Virus record (IMG/VR): IMGVR_UViG_3300021400_000529
Span: 32,001 to 96,000 of that record
DNA: 64,000 bases
Source of the DNA: a virus
Taxonomy: Duplodnaviria; Caudoviricetes
Direction: 5' to 3' (one strand)
Positions 48,023 through 57,553 of this stretch are shown piece after piece. Positions within the stretch are counted from its first letter, which is position 1. The number at the start of each line of letters is the position of its first letter. The notes under the pieces are model-generated. The model saw only the letters and a program-made list of their open reading frames with translations. It had not been told where the DNA came from and did no database searches. The translations under genes were made by a program, and so were the position numbers.

Positions 48023-48469
48023 ATGGGTAAAAATAGAGCAAGTACTTTACCAACTATGAGTGAAGATACTGCTGGAACAATATTTAATAAGGAAATAAGT
48101 AATCCTAATCCCGAAACAACTATAAAAATTGGGGAAAGAACTGTGGAATTACCTCGTGGTTATACAAAAGAAATGTTGGATAATAATTTAATGCGAACTA
48201 TGTTAAAGGATGTTCAACGGAACAGAATTACTGGTGAAGTAGGTTACTTATCTGGAAATCCTAAAGCAGATTTATATGAACTGTATGAATCTCCATATTA
48301 TCCATGGTCTGAAACATTTCCTAATTATGGTGATTTTGAAAGATATTATGAACAAAATGTTGAACCAAAAATGTTGGAACAAAGACAAGCTATGATGGAT
48401 TATCTTAAAGAACATGATGATAGGGTTATGGTTACAGCATATGGTTGGTTGAATGGTGATTATGAATAA
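48023..48469 (+). CDS. MGKNR-tagged protein of unknown function
   Basis: MGKNR; last member before the prohead protease. Confidence 0.8.
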   Translation: MGKNRASTLPTMSEDTAGTIFNKEISNPNPETTIKIGERTVELPRGYTKEMLDNNLMRTMLKDVQRNRITGEVGYLSGNPKADLYELYESPYYPWSETFPNYGDFERYYEQNVEPKMLEQRQAMMDYLKEHDDRVMVTAYGWLNGDYE

Positions 48470-48530
48470 GATCTAATAATTTGAAATTGGGATTTATATT
48501 CACAGCTCAACGTGGAGATAACTAATTTTT

Positions 48531-50198
48531 ATGGATAAAATTATAATTACATGTCCTGTTTTAATTCCATTTACTCCTGATTGTGAATATTCGTATGGTG
48601 AGGAAGTTCTACCTCCTGAAAAAATTGAACAATTGGCAAATTCATTTAATGATTATAAGATTATTGATTTGCAACATGAGTTTACGAAACGGTTAATTAA
48701 TAAGTTAAATCCTATTCCTAGAGGTAAGCTTCTTAAAAGTTACATTGTACAAGACACTTTGCACCTCAAGGGTTTAGATGGTTTAATAAGAGAATATCCG
48801 AAGGGTACATGGATTATTTCAGTGGAAATAACTGATCCGGAAGCAAAACAATTATACAAAGATGGTGTACTAACAGGGTTAAGTGTAACTGTTAAAGAAC
48901 GTGAGCATGCTGATGCGATTATAGACTTTTTAGAGAATAACAGTGTTCCTTATCTGCCTGAACAAGTGGTGGAAGCTGAGAAAGCATTTTCAAAGGTTCC
49001 GAAGAGAATACTTATGAAAGATGTGGTGAACCCAGTTGCATTCACAGTTTCACTTGTAAGAGCACCTTGTGTGTATGATGCTAAGTTTTGTAAGAATTCT
49101 TGTTTGATAGTAAATAAGAATAAATTAAGGGAGAAGAAAATTTTGAATCTCAAAGAAAAAATTAAAAAAGAACTCAATAGTTTCATTGATGGTTTGGATG
49201 TTGAGGATGAAAGTGTTAAAGAGGACATTGAATCATCTGAACCTGTTGAAGTGTTAAAAGAAGATGTGGAAGATGCCTCAGAGGCTGTTAAAACGGAAGA
49301 AAATAGTAATGTAAGCGAACAATCCGAATCCATTAAAGAAGATGGTGATGGTGATGGTGACGGTAAGGGTGACGGCGATGGTAACGGAGGAACAAGTACT
49401 CCCGCAACACCATCCGGTGACGGTAATGGTAATGGAGGAACTACCCCTACCTCAACTGATAGTAATGGTGGGTCAACACCTACTTCAACTGGTGGAGATG
49501 GTGATAAAACATCTGACACAGATTCCACAACATCAACATCAACTGATGGTGGTGAATCAGATGATGATTCTGATGAAGATAACAGTACATCTAAAGGTAA
49601 AGTTAAGGAAGCTAAAAAAGAAGACCTTGAAACTGAATCTGAAAAATCAGAATCCAAAAAATGTGGTGGTACAAAAACCATTTATGGACGTAAAGTAAAA
49701 GTTTCTGAAGCCAAAAAAGAAACAGAAGAAGATGCTGTGGCAACAGAATCGGATAAGGTATTGTATCTTGCACAGGAAGATGTGGAAAGTTTAATCAGCA
49801 CCACACTAAGAAGATATGCTGATGAAGTTGAAAAAATGGTTTTTGATGGTATTCAAGAAGCATTAGATGATTACCTGTTTGCTAATGATACTTCTTATAA
49901 GGAAGATTTAAAATCAGAACCGGAAGAAGAGGAACCAGAAGAACCTGAAGAAGAGGAATCTCAAAAAGAATATGCAACAGCTGAAATGGTTCAGTCAATG
50001 TTCGATGAACAATTCTCATCATTCAAATCATCATTAATGGATAATATTAAACAGGCTCAAAAAGAATCAATAAAATCATACAGCAAAGCCATTACTCCAA
50101 GTGATGATGGATTATCTGATGAATCCGCAAAGGAATCATTTACTCCTCGTGTTCAAAGAGATTTTAATGGTTGTAGAATTAGAAGAGGAAGAAACTAA
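48531..50198 (+). CDS. prohead protease (XkdF-like) fused to acidic scaffold
   Basis: IDLQH...PKGTW...GVLTGLSV...VSLVRAP; long acidic and G/D/T/S-rich C-terminal region; directly upstream of the capsid gene. Confidence 0.8.
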   Translation: MDKIIITCPVLIPFTPDCEYSYGEEVLPPEKIEQLANSFNDYKIIDLQHEFTKRLINKLNPIPRGKLLKSYIVQDTLHLKGLDGLIREYPKGTWIISVEITDPEAKQLYKDGVLTGLSVTVKEREHADAIIDFLENNSVPYLPEQVVEAEKAFSKVPKRILMKDVVNPVAFTVSLVRAPCVYDAKFCKNSCLIVNKNKLREKKILNLKEKIKKELNSFIDGLDVEDESVKEDIESSEPVEVLKEDVEDASEAVKTEENSNVSEQSESIKEDGDGDGDGKGDGDGNGGTSTPATPSGDGNGNGGTTPTSTDSNGGSTPTSTGGDGDKTSDTDSTTSTSTDGGESDDDSDEDNSTSKGKVKEAKKEDLETESEKSESKKCGGTKTIYGRKVKVSEAKKETEEDAVATESDKVLYLAQEDVESLISTTLRRYADEVEKMVFDGIQEALDDYLFANDTSYKEDLKSEPEEEEPEEPEEEESQKEYATAEMVQSMFDEQFSSFKSSLMDNIKQAQKESIKSYSKAITPSDDGLSDESAKESFTPRVQRDFNGCRIRRGRN

Positions 50199-50477
50199 GT
50201 TTATATTAAAGTAGAACAGGTTGCTTCATTTTTTTATTTAACTTGTTAATAACCACTAATGTGGATGATGACACATCAAAAAATTTATCTCTTTCATGAA
50301 AAATATGGAATAATTTAGTTAAAAAAAAAGGATATGGTTGAAATAAGAATATTAAGCGACTAAATTAATTTTTTTCAGATTAAGAGTAAACTATTGTTGT
50401 TTTTTTTTGTATTAATAAAATTTAAAAAAAGTGCATTATTTAACCAAAAAAATTATATATGGAGAAAATTTTTTATT

Positions 50478-51665
50478 ATGAGTGAATTACAATCAATAAT
50501 GGATAAAGTAGAAGAATCATACAAGTCAATGGTAATCGATAACTTTGGAGCTTCAGTACTTCAACCAGGTTACTTTGATAAATATGTTGAATATGCTACA
50601 AGAGATACATCAATTCTCGTTGATGCTAGACAAATTATCATGGATCAACAAGTAGTGAACATTGACAGAACAGGTTTCACTGGCCGTATCCTTGAACCTG
50701 GTAGAGAAACAAGAGTACCAAAAAGAGCAAAACCAGAAGTAAGACAGGAAAGATTAATTGCTAATGAACTTGTTGCTGATGTTGCTATTACTGACCAAGC
50801 TCTTCGTAGAAACATTGAAAGAGGTGGATATGAAGATACACTTATTAACATGATGGCTGCTCAAGCTGGTGCTGACTGGGAATCATACGCTGTGCTTGGT
50901 AACAGAGGATTAGCAGAAGAAAATCCCGAAATTGACCCATTATTAACAGAACAAAACGGTTGGATTGCTAAATGTAGAAACCACATTTACAGTGATGATA
51001 CTGAAATTGCTGGTGCAAAACAAGGTAAAGAAGTACAGACTATGCTTCGTTCCATGTTAAAACATTACCCACAGGAATACAGGGGAGACAGAAGAAGTCT
51101 TGTATACTACCTTGATTCTGATACATTTGATGATTATGTAGAAGAAGTTGGAGAAAGACCAACAATTGCTGGGGACGATGCTATAAGTAATTACATTGCA
51201 AGACCATATAAAGGTATTGAAATCAGAGAAGCTCCAGTATTAAACGAAGCTAGAGATATTGAAGGAGTTGGAACTACCGCAATGCTTGTAAACCCAGACA
51301 ACCTTGTATATGGTATCTTTGAAAATGTAACTATTGAAAGAGATAGAAATGTAAGAAGAAGATTAACTGACTTTGTATTAACAATGGAAGTTGACCAAGC
51401 ATTTGAAAACCCATTCCTTTGTGTATGTGCTCACCCTGATGTTGCTGAAGAAGACAGTGTTGCTGAAGCTGAATCTGATTACAGTAACTTCCATCATAAT
51501 GGTAAGGGTACTTATGAATACATCAACAAAAAAGGTTACTTACCAGATACTGGAAATGGACCTCACAACACAAGATATGATGCAACACATGATATTGACC
51601 CAAGTTCATACACTACAAGTGGTACCGTAACTCCGGGCAATGGTAATGGTCAAGACGGAGGATAA
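50478..51665 (+). CDS. major capsid protein (HK97 fold)
   Basis: ITDQALRRNIE, GWIAK, YKGIEIREAP, LVNPDNLVYG; position after protease; start ATG 50478 after GGAG. Confidence 0.85.
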   Translation: MSELQSIMDKVEESYKSMVIDNFGASVLQPGYFDKYVEYATRDTSILVDARQIIMDQQVVNIDRTGFTGRILEPGRETRVPKRAKPEVRQERLIANELVADVAITDQALRRNIERGGYEDTLINMMAAQAGADWESYAVLGNRGLAEENPEIDPLLTEQNGWIAKCRNHIYSDDTEIAGAKQGKEVQTMLRSMLKHYPQEYRGDRRSLVYYLDSDTFDDYVEEVGERPTIAGDDAISNYIARPYKGIEIREAPVLNEARDIEGVGTTAMLVNPDNLVYGIFENVTIERDRNVRRRLTDFVLTMEVDQAFENPFLCVCAHPDVAEEDSVAEAESDYSNFHHNGKGTYEYINKKGYLPDTGNGPHNTRYDATHDIDPSSYTTSGTVTPGNGNGQDGG

Positions 51666-51682
51666 AATAGTAACATTTCTTT

Positions 51683-51732
51683 TTTTTTAGGAAGTAATAT
51701 GTGTATATAATCACTTATTTTTTCCTAAAAAA
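51683..51732 (+). terminator. inverted repeat with T/A runs after the capsid gene
   Basis: TTTTTTAGGAA...TTCCTAAAAAA. Confidence 0.5.
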
Positions 51733-51805
51733 TACTCTTCCCTTTGAATTATTAAATGTAAGTATGAACATTTATTGTAAATAATACTAAATTGGTGATT
51801 TGATT

Positions 51806-52201
51806 ATGTCTGAACATTATTTAAAAGGAGCCACATGGGTTCTTCAAAATGAAAATTTTAAGTATGAAGGAGTACTTGATGAGAATGGAAAAACTGATTT
51901 AAGAAACATTGCATTAGGTGAGTATGAGTTCACATTATCCAAAAAAGGATATGAAACAAAAACAATTGAAGTAATTGTTTCACCAGAACCAATCAATATA
52001 GAAGTAGACTTAGAACCTTTACCTAAACCGGAATTGGTGGAAGAAAAACCTAAACCCAAAAAGACCTCAAAAAAGAAAACAACCAAAAAAACTGAAAAAA
52101 AGGTTGAAGAAGAAGTAGTAGTAGAAAAACCTAAAAAAACTACTCGTAAAAAAACCTCAAAAAAGAAAACTACTAAAAAAGCTGAAGAAAAAAAAGAATG
52201 A
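51806..52201 (+). CDS. PEGA/carboxypeptidase-regulatory-like domain with Lys/Thr-rich tail
   Basis: DENG...GEYEFTLSKKGYE; KKTSKKKTTKK repeats. Confidence 0.7.
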   Translation: MSEHYLKGATWVLQNENFKYEGVLDENGKTDLRNIALGEYEFTLSKKGYETKTIEVIVSPEPINIEVDLEPLPKPELVEEKPKPKKTSKKKTTKKTEKKVEEEVVVEKPKKTTRKKTSKKKTTKKAEEKKE

Positions 52202-52268
52202 AAAGGGGTTAATACAGATAACTCCAAAAGCAGACAAACAATTTTTTTATTTGGAGTGAATTGTAAAA

Positions 52269-53057
52269 TTGCCTGAATTAACAACACAAGAAAATAAAAT
52301 AATTAAAGATATTTTATTTCATTTAGATGGATGGAGAGTAAATGACCATCCTAAAGAAACACGGAAAATAGAATCGTTCCTTGACCCAGATGAAGTTGGT
52401 TTTGATAATGAGGTACGGAAGGAAGTAAGTAGTAAGGAAGTATTGCATGTTTATGATATGGCTAAAATTCATGCCTTGAATTATATTAGACGAAAAGAAT
52501 TTCCAAATAATCCGGCTGTTTATCAAGCCATTTGTTACTGGGCTGCTGGATTACTATCAGAGAAAGCTAGTTTTCGTGATGATCACATTAAAAATGATTA
52601 TAATTTAATTGAAGAAGCAAGGAAACTACTTAGTCCTTATGTTAAAAGGAATGATGAGTTTTTCCTTGTTCGTGGTGATGATTTTTTCTGGGAAGAATAT
52701 ATGCAATCTGAAAGACATCCTCATCCAAGAAGGGATAGAATTCCATGGGAACCTGATGAGGATGGTGATGAGGAAAAGGAGCGATTAATTCATGGACATT
52801 TCCATGAACACCATAAAGAACATTTCCATCACAAACCACATCGTAAACCTAAACATCATTGTCCAAGAAGAAAAGATCCTTTTGTTGAAAATGCAAAGAA
52901 TTGGATAAACAATATTAAAACCAACAAGTTTGACATTGATGTACGCATGGATGTTGATGAAGAGTTTGGTTCGGTTAAGTTTAACATTTATTTGAAGCGA
53001 TTTGGTAAACCTTGTGATAGGGGTAAGGTAATGTTATATGTGTATGAAGATGAATAA
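52269..53057 (+). CDS. putative head-tail connector with His-rich insert and C-terminal half Ig domain
   Basis: Position after capsid; AKIHALNYI...AICYWAAGLL...ARKLLSPYV adaptor-like helices; HGHFHEHHKEHFHH. Confidence 0.55.
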   Translation: MPELTTQENKIIKDILFHLDGWRVNDHPKETRKIESFLDPDEVGFDNEVRKEVSSKEVLHVYDMAKIHALNYIRRKEFPNNPAVYQAICYWAAGLLSEKASFRDDHIKNDYNLIEEARKLLSPYVKRNDEFFLVRGDDFFWEEYMQSERHPHPRRDRIPWEPDEDGDEEKERLIHGHFHEHHKEHFHHKPHRKPKHHCPRRKDPFVENAKNWINNIKTNKFDIDVRMDVDEEFGSVKFNIYLKRFGKPCDRGKVMLYVYEDE

Positions 53058-53075
53058 AATGATGGAGAAAATGCA

Positions 53076-54326
53076 ATGAGAAAAGAGTTAATAGGAACAG
53101 CTGAAGTACATGATGGAAGAGCTGAATATATATGGAACATTGATGAAAACATTTCTCCAGGAAATAAGAAAATATATATAGCATACCTTGGCGAAGATGA
53201 ATACATGGTTTCTGAATCATGGGAAAACATCACAATCAAAATTCCTACAAGCACTGTGTTGGAACAGGAAGAAATTACTACAAATCCTACTGTGAATAAT
53301 GATCATCCAGTTATCGTTACTTTGAATGCCATAGTCAATAACAGTAAATTGTTGGAACCGGTCCCTAATGGGAAGGTTCAGTTTCAGATTAAAACAGAGT
53401 TAGATGATATTTATGTTAATGTGGGTAATCCTGTTGATGTTGTGAATGGTGTTGCAAGTTATAATTATACTGTTCCAAGGACACCTCAGACCACTATTTT
53501 AATCCGAGCTATTTATCTAGGAACTTCTTTGTATAGTGGTAGTGAATGTTTAACTCCAACCACAATGACTATCAGAGGAACTGTGGATTTAAGTATTAAA
53601 TCGTTAAGAACTAATCAAGGTAATACTGAGACCATATCTGCAACCGTTAAAACATTTGATGGTGAAACTGTTGAAAGTGGTAGTTTAAACTTTTATTTGG
53701 ATAATCAGAAAATTAAAACCATTTCTGCCATAACTTCACAGAAAGTTGAGTTTGAGTATGTATTCCCTCAAAACATTAACAGTGGTGAACACCAGTTGAA
53801 AGTGGAATATATGGGTAGTGATGATTATAGTGGTGGTTACGCTACCAATATTGTTTATATTCGTTCAAGAACATTCATAGATGACAGTATTGTTTATGCT
53901 CATCCAACGGTTGTGGAGAATAATGAAGTTGTGCAAGGTATTGCTACGATTCCTATAAGAGTGTTGGATGATGATGGTAACATTGTTCCTGAGGGTACTG
54001 TGGAATTTACCTGTAACGGTACCACTGAAACTGTGAATTTTGGTGTTAATACGAGTAGGGAAATTAGTTATAATATTCCTTTGGGTATGCAGGGTGGTGA
54101 TGAAATTCCGTTTACTCTTTCATACCAAGAGAACTTCAATTATCAGTCATGTACAATACAATCCAGTATTGTTATAAAATTTCGAACAACAGTAGAACTC
54201 GATGACTTTGAAGGTAATCAAGGTGATACTGTAACTTTAAGAGCTTTTGTGACTGATGAACGGGGTGATGATGTGGATGAAGGAGAAGTGGAATTTGGAA
54301 TGGAAACCAACTCTGATGATGTATAA
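53076..54326 (+). CDS. Ig-like (Big_3-type) repeat virion protein
   Basis: Repeats of G.T.TL.A.V.D..G..V..G.V.F...NG.A...Y...G.H....Y.G...Y. Confidence 0.82.
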   Translation: MRKELIGTAEVHDGRAEYIWNIDENISPGNKKIYIAYLGEDEYMVSESWENITIKIPTSTVLEQEEITTNPTVNNDHPVIVTLNAIVNNSKLLEPVPNGKVQFQIKTELDDIYVNVGNPVDVVNGVASYNYTVPRTPQTTILIRAIYLGTSLYSGSECLTPTTMTIRGTVDLSIKSLRTNQGNTETISATVKTFDGETVESGSLNFYLDNQKIKTISAITSQKVEFEYVFPQNINSGEHQLKVEYMGSDDYSGGYATNIVYIRSRTFIDDSIVYAHPTVVENNEVVQGIATIPIRVLDDDGNIVPEGTVEFTCNGTTETVNFGVNTSREISYNIPLGMQGGDEIPFTLSYQENFNYQSCTIQSSIVIKFRTTVELDDFEGNQGDTVTLRAFVTDERGDDVDEGEVEFGMETNSDDV

Positions 54327-56509
54327 TGACAGTACAAGTAAGTAATATTGATGAATATATTTCCTATTTAACAGATTCGTTGGTTGTTCCTGAAAGTGTT
54401 GTTGTTGGTGAATCTTGTATATGTTATTTTTATAATACTGAGGGTGTAGAATGGATTGGGTCTGGCACAAGACCTATTATCTATTTGAGTTGTTCTTTCA
54501 CAGAAGTCACAGATACTTCTGCTTATGCCATTTCCCAGAATGGTGATGTTGCAATTGCCAACACCACCTCTGTTCCTAATGGAGTTATTGGTCAATGGGA
54601 TGACCTTGTTAAAAGTACTAATCATACAAAACCCAATTGTGTTATGTGGGAATCCACTTATTCTCAAACTGGTACATACAATGTAACAGTTACTTTCAGA
54701 AGAGGTGGTACAAATTATGATGTTACTCGAAGTGTTGAAGTTACTAATGATATAATTGCAACTGCCACTACTACTGTTAAAAACGGGATAAGTACCACAG
54801 GATATGATGTTTTAAAGCCATATTCTGTATATACTGCTTTTTATTCTAATGGTTTGGTGGAATGTTGGGCTTTTGATTTATCATTCACTATTGAAGATAT
54901 TGATGTTGAAGGAGATTGGGGTTGGAGTGATGGTGATGACCTTTTACTTTATGTATATCCAACAAACAATATTCAGACATTATTTGATGATATAACACAT
55001 GAAGGGTATACGATTGACCCGGAGAATGGGATTAGTTATGTTCCACATGATGATTTGGAATTTGTTAGTGGTACAAATACTGTTCTTGTTACTTATGTAG
55101 CTGGTATGGAGTATCCCGATTATTCCTATCCTTATGTTACTTTGAATGACCATGAGTATGAGTGGAATTATTCTGAGGAAACTATTACTCAATCAACCCT
55201 TATTTTTAGGAATGGTCATTCAAGTAATGATTTTGTTGCTGGTCAGACTTATCAGATTACTGCAAGGTATTTGGAGAATGATGGTTATGAGGGTTCAGTG
55301 GATATTGGTGAATTGGAAATACTCAAGTATCCAACCACTACAACAATAAGTGGTAGTTCAAGTGTTACAATAGGAGAAAACTTGACTTTATCAATAGTTG
55401 TAAAAGAAAACAACAACAACACAACCTTAACCAATGGATACATAACAGTATACGATGGAACAGACATTGTACAACAAAACTATGCAATCACAGGTAATAG
55501 TACACAAATAACATTCACACCATCAACCACAGGAACACACAACATATACGCCATATTCACAGACAGTGGAACAACATACAACACAAGCCGAAGCAACACA
55601 TTAACAGTTACTGTGAACAAAAAACCATCAACAATTACCACCAATGTAAACTCCATAGAAACCATCTCCGGAGAACAGAAAACAATCAATGGAACATTAA
55701 CAACAAATGGAACAGGTATTTCTGGAGCAAACATCACAGTAAGTGATTCAAACAACAATGTTTTAATGACGGTTACAACAGATTCCAATGGTGCTTTCAC
55801 ATTCAACTACACACTTGAAAATCTCAATGATTACAACAATAATTTGAGTGTGGAATATGGTGGAACAAACATAATTTCGGCATCATCCAAGAGTATTCAG
55901 GTACTGCCGTATCAGGGAATGATTTATGATTTATGTAATTCTTTAAGTAATTGGAATGTTACTGATTCTGGTAATTCTGCAACATTGGCTACTGTTGGTG
56001 GTTCAACTGCTGTAAAATCACCCTCCACAGATTATCAGAGAGTTTATTGGAAATATCCATTGGTAATTGGAAGTGAAGGTTTGTTCAAATTTAAGATTTA
56101 CAGTAATGCTTCCAACAATGCAATCATACTGGGTACTATGAAAAAATACAACAATGACCATATGACAAATGTAAAAAGTTGGTGGTATGGTCTTGGAAGT
56201 AGTAGAAACTGGACTAATGGACCAAAAAACAGTCAGAACCGACATGGTGGAACAAGAATGAGTAATAATACATGGCACATCATTGAGTTCAGATTAAATG
56301 ACCATCTGTTGGATACTTTACAGGATGGAACAAGTATTGGAACATATACCATTCCTACATTGGATGAGAATAACACTTATTTTAATGATTATTTGTTTTT
56401 GGCTATTACTGGTGTTATTCATATTAAGGATATTGAGTATATGTGTGATGTGTCAGTTTCTGATGGAACATTGCAGAGTATAAGGAATGCTCACTTATCA
56501 CAATTTTAG
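54326..56509 (+). CDS. Ig-like repeat protein with C-terminal lectin/LamG-like domain (candidate receptor-binding adhesin)
   Basis: T-rich Ig repeats (TTDSNGAFTF); C-terminal NNTWHIIEFR...QDGTSIG...IKDIE beta-sandwich pattern. Confidence 0.7.
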   Translation: MTVQVSNIDEYISYLTDSLVVPESVVVGESCICYFYNTEGVEWIGSGTRPIIYLSCSFTEVTDTSAYAISQNGDVAIANTTSVPNGVIGQWDDLVKSTNHTKPNCVMWESTYSQTGTYNVTVTFRRGGTNYDVTRSVEVTNDIIATATTTVKNGISTTGYDVLKPYSVYTAFYSNGLVECWAFDLSFTIEDIDVEGDWGWSDGDDLLLYVYPTNNIQTLFDDITHEGYTIDPENGISYVPHDDLEFVSGTNTVLVTYVAGMEYPDYSYPYVTLNDHEYEWNYSEETITQSTLIFRNGHSSNDFVAGQTYQITARYLENDGYEGSVDIGELEILKYPTTTTISGSSSVTIGENLTLSIVVKENNNNTTLTNGYITVYDGTDIVQQNYAITGNSTQITFTPSTTGTHNIYAIFTDSGTTYNTSRSNTLTVTVNKKPSTITTNVNSIETISGEQKTINGTLTTNGTGISGANITVSDSNNNVLMTVTTDSNGAFTFNYTLENLNDYNNNLSVEYGGTNIISASSKSIQVLPYQGMIYDLCNSLSNWNVTDSGNSATLATVGGSTAVKSPSTDYQRVYWKYPLVIGSEGLFKFKIYSNASNNAIILGTMKKYNNDHMTNVKSWWYGLGSSRNWTNGPKNSQNRHGGTRMSNNTWHIIEFRLNDHLLDTLQDGTSIGTYTIPTLDENNTYFNDYLFLAITGVIHIKDIEYMCDVSVSDGTLQSIRNAHLSQF

Positions 56510-56525
56510 TTAAGGATGAGGATTT

Positions 56526-56738
56526 ATGTTTGAAGAATATATATTAGGATTGGGATTTATTGGTTTGTTCATACTGGTATTGATTATTTTACTTATTCCT
56601 TTGATTATTACAGTGGTTGTTGGAGTAACCTTGGCTAATTATTTAGGATTAACTGGATTTGTATGGTGGTGTTTTGTTATACTGTTTTATCTTGTGATTT
56701 CCACTATACTAAGTGTGAGAACCAACAGTAAACTATAA
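56526..56738 (+). CDS. small membrane protein
   Basis: Almost wholly hydrophobic, two TM helices. Confidence 0.65.
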   Translation: MFEEYILGLGFIGLFILVLIILLIPLIITVVVGVTLANYLGLTGFVWWCFVILFYLVISTILSVRTNSKL

Positions 56739-56791
56739 AAAAAAGAAACATTTTAGTAAATGTAATAAATTTAATAAAATAAGAACTAACG

Positions 56792-57007
56792 ATGAAAAAA
56801 CAACAGAGAGATAATGTATTAAATATTACCTATGGATTTGTGGCTATCACCATACTTGCCATACTGATGATTGTGTTTTTGGTCAGACACATTTTATCTG
56901 ATGATTATGGGCTGCTTATGGTGGCGGATATAATCATTTTAATATTGGATGTTTTCTTGATTTATAGAACACACAAACAGTTGAAGGAGTATTTAGGAAG
57001 AATATAA
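56792..57007 (+). CDS. small two-TM membrane protein
   Basis: Two hydrophobic helices. Confidence 0.65.
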   Translation: MKKQQRDNVLNITYGFVAITILAILMIVFLVRHILSDDYGLLMVADIIILILDVFLIYRTHKQLKEYLGRI

Positions 57008-57024
57008 TAAGTAAAGGTGTATTT

Positions 57025-57498
57025 ATGTCTGGTTGGTATGGACATACTATAACAGTAAATATTGATGAATCTTTTAAATTCCCAAAGATCGGAGGAAAAC
57101 TTGCATTCCTGAATCCCTACGTCAATGAGGAAGTGGATAGATTAAATAGGAAACTGAAATTTGCTGGTTCAAGAATTTCCTATGACATTGCCTTGATGAG
57201 TCAAACATATCAAAGAAGAGCAATAACAGATTTGGATGCTGTAGATACGGGAAGATTAAGGGATAGTGTCCGTATTACTGGTAATGGTTTAACAAGTCAT
57301 ATCGGAACCGATTTATTTTATGCTGAAACTGTGCATGATATAGGATATAAGAACCAAACAATTTTCAATATTAATGGGATAACAATTAGAGGACATAGTG
57401 ATATTGGTCCAAGACCGTGGACAGAAGTTTCGGCGGGTATGGTTTTGGAAAAGATTGATGGGATAGTGGATGGTCATCTGAATAAGATATTTGATTGA
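57025..57498 (+). CDS. HK97 gp10-like neck/tail completion protein
   Basis: AVDTGRLRDSV...GTDLFYAETVH...PRPW. Confidence 0.78.
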   Translation: MSGWYGHTITVNIDESFKFPKIGGKLAFLNPYVNEEVDRLNRKLKFAGSRISYDIALMSQTYQRRAITDLDAVDTGRLRDSVRITGNGLTSHIGTDLFYAETVHDIGYKNQTIFNINGITIRGHSDIGPRPWTEVSAGMVLEKIDGIVDGHLNKIFD

Positions 57499-57553
57499 AA
57501 ACATATTCACCCCTTTTTTTTATATTTTATAATAAAATACACTTGAAATATAT

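Noticed and set aside
16350-48040. ATGGGNAARAAYMGN as a DNA repeat (recombination site, integron-like cassette boundary or CRISPR-like repeat)
   Set aside because: Variation falls almost entirely at synonymous positions, flanks are not conserved, spacing is irregular, and no recombinase or cas gene is in the window. Occasional use as microhomology cannot be excluded.
16350-48040. MGKNR as a secretion signal, class III (pilin) signal peptide or myristoylation site
   Set aside because: No hydrophobic stretch follows the basic residues, and N-myristoyltransferase is a eukaryotic enzyme.
48950-49698. 243-aa minus-strand ORF and 118-aa alternative-frame ORF in the scaffold
   Set aside because: Shadows of low-complexity GAT/GGT/ACA repeats in the real gene.
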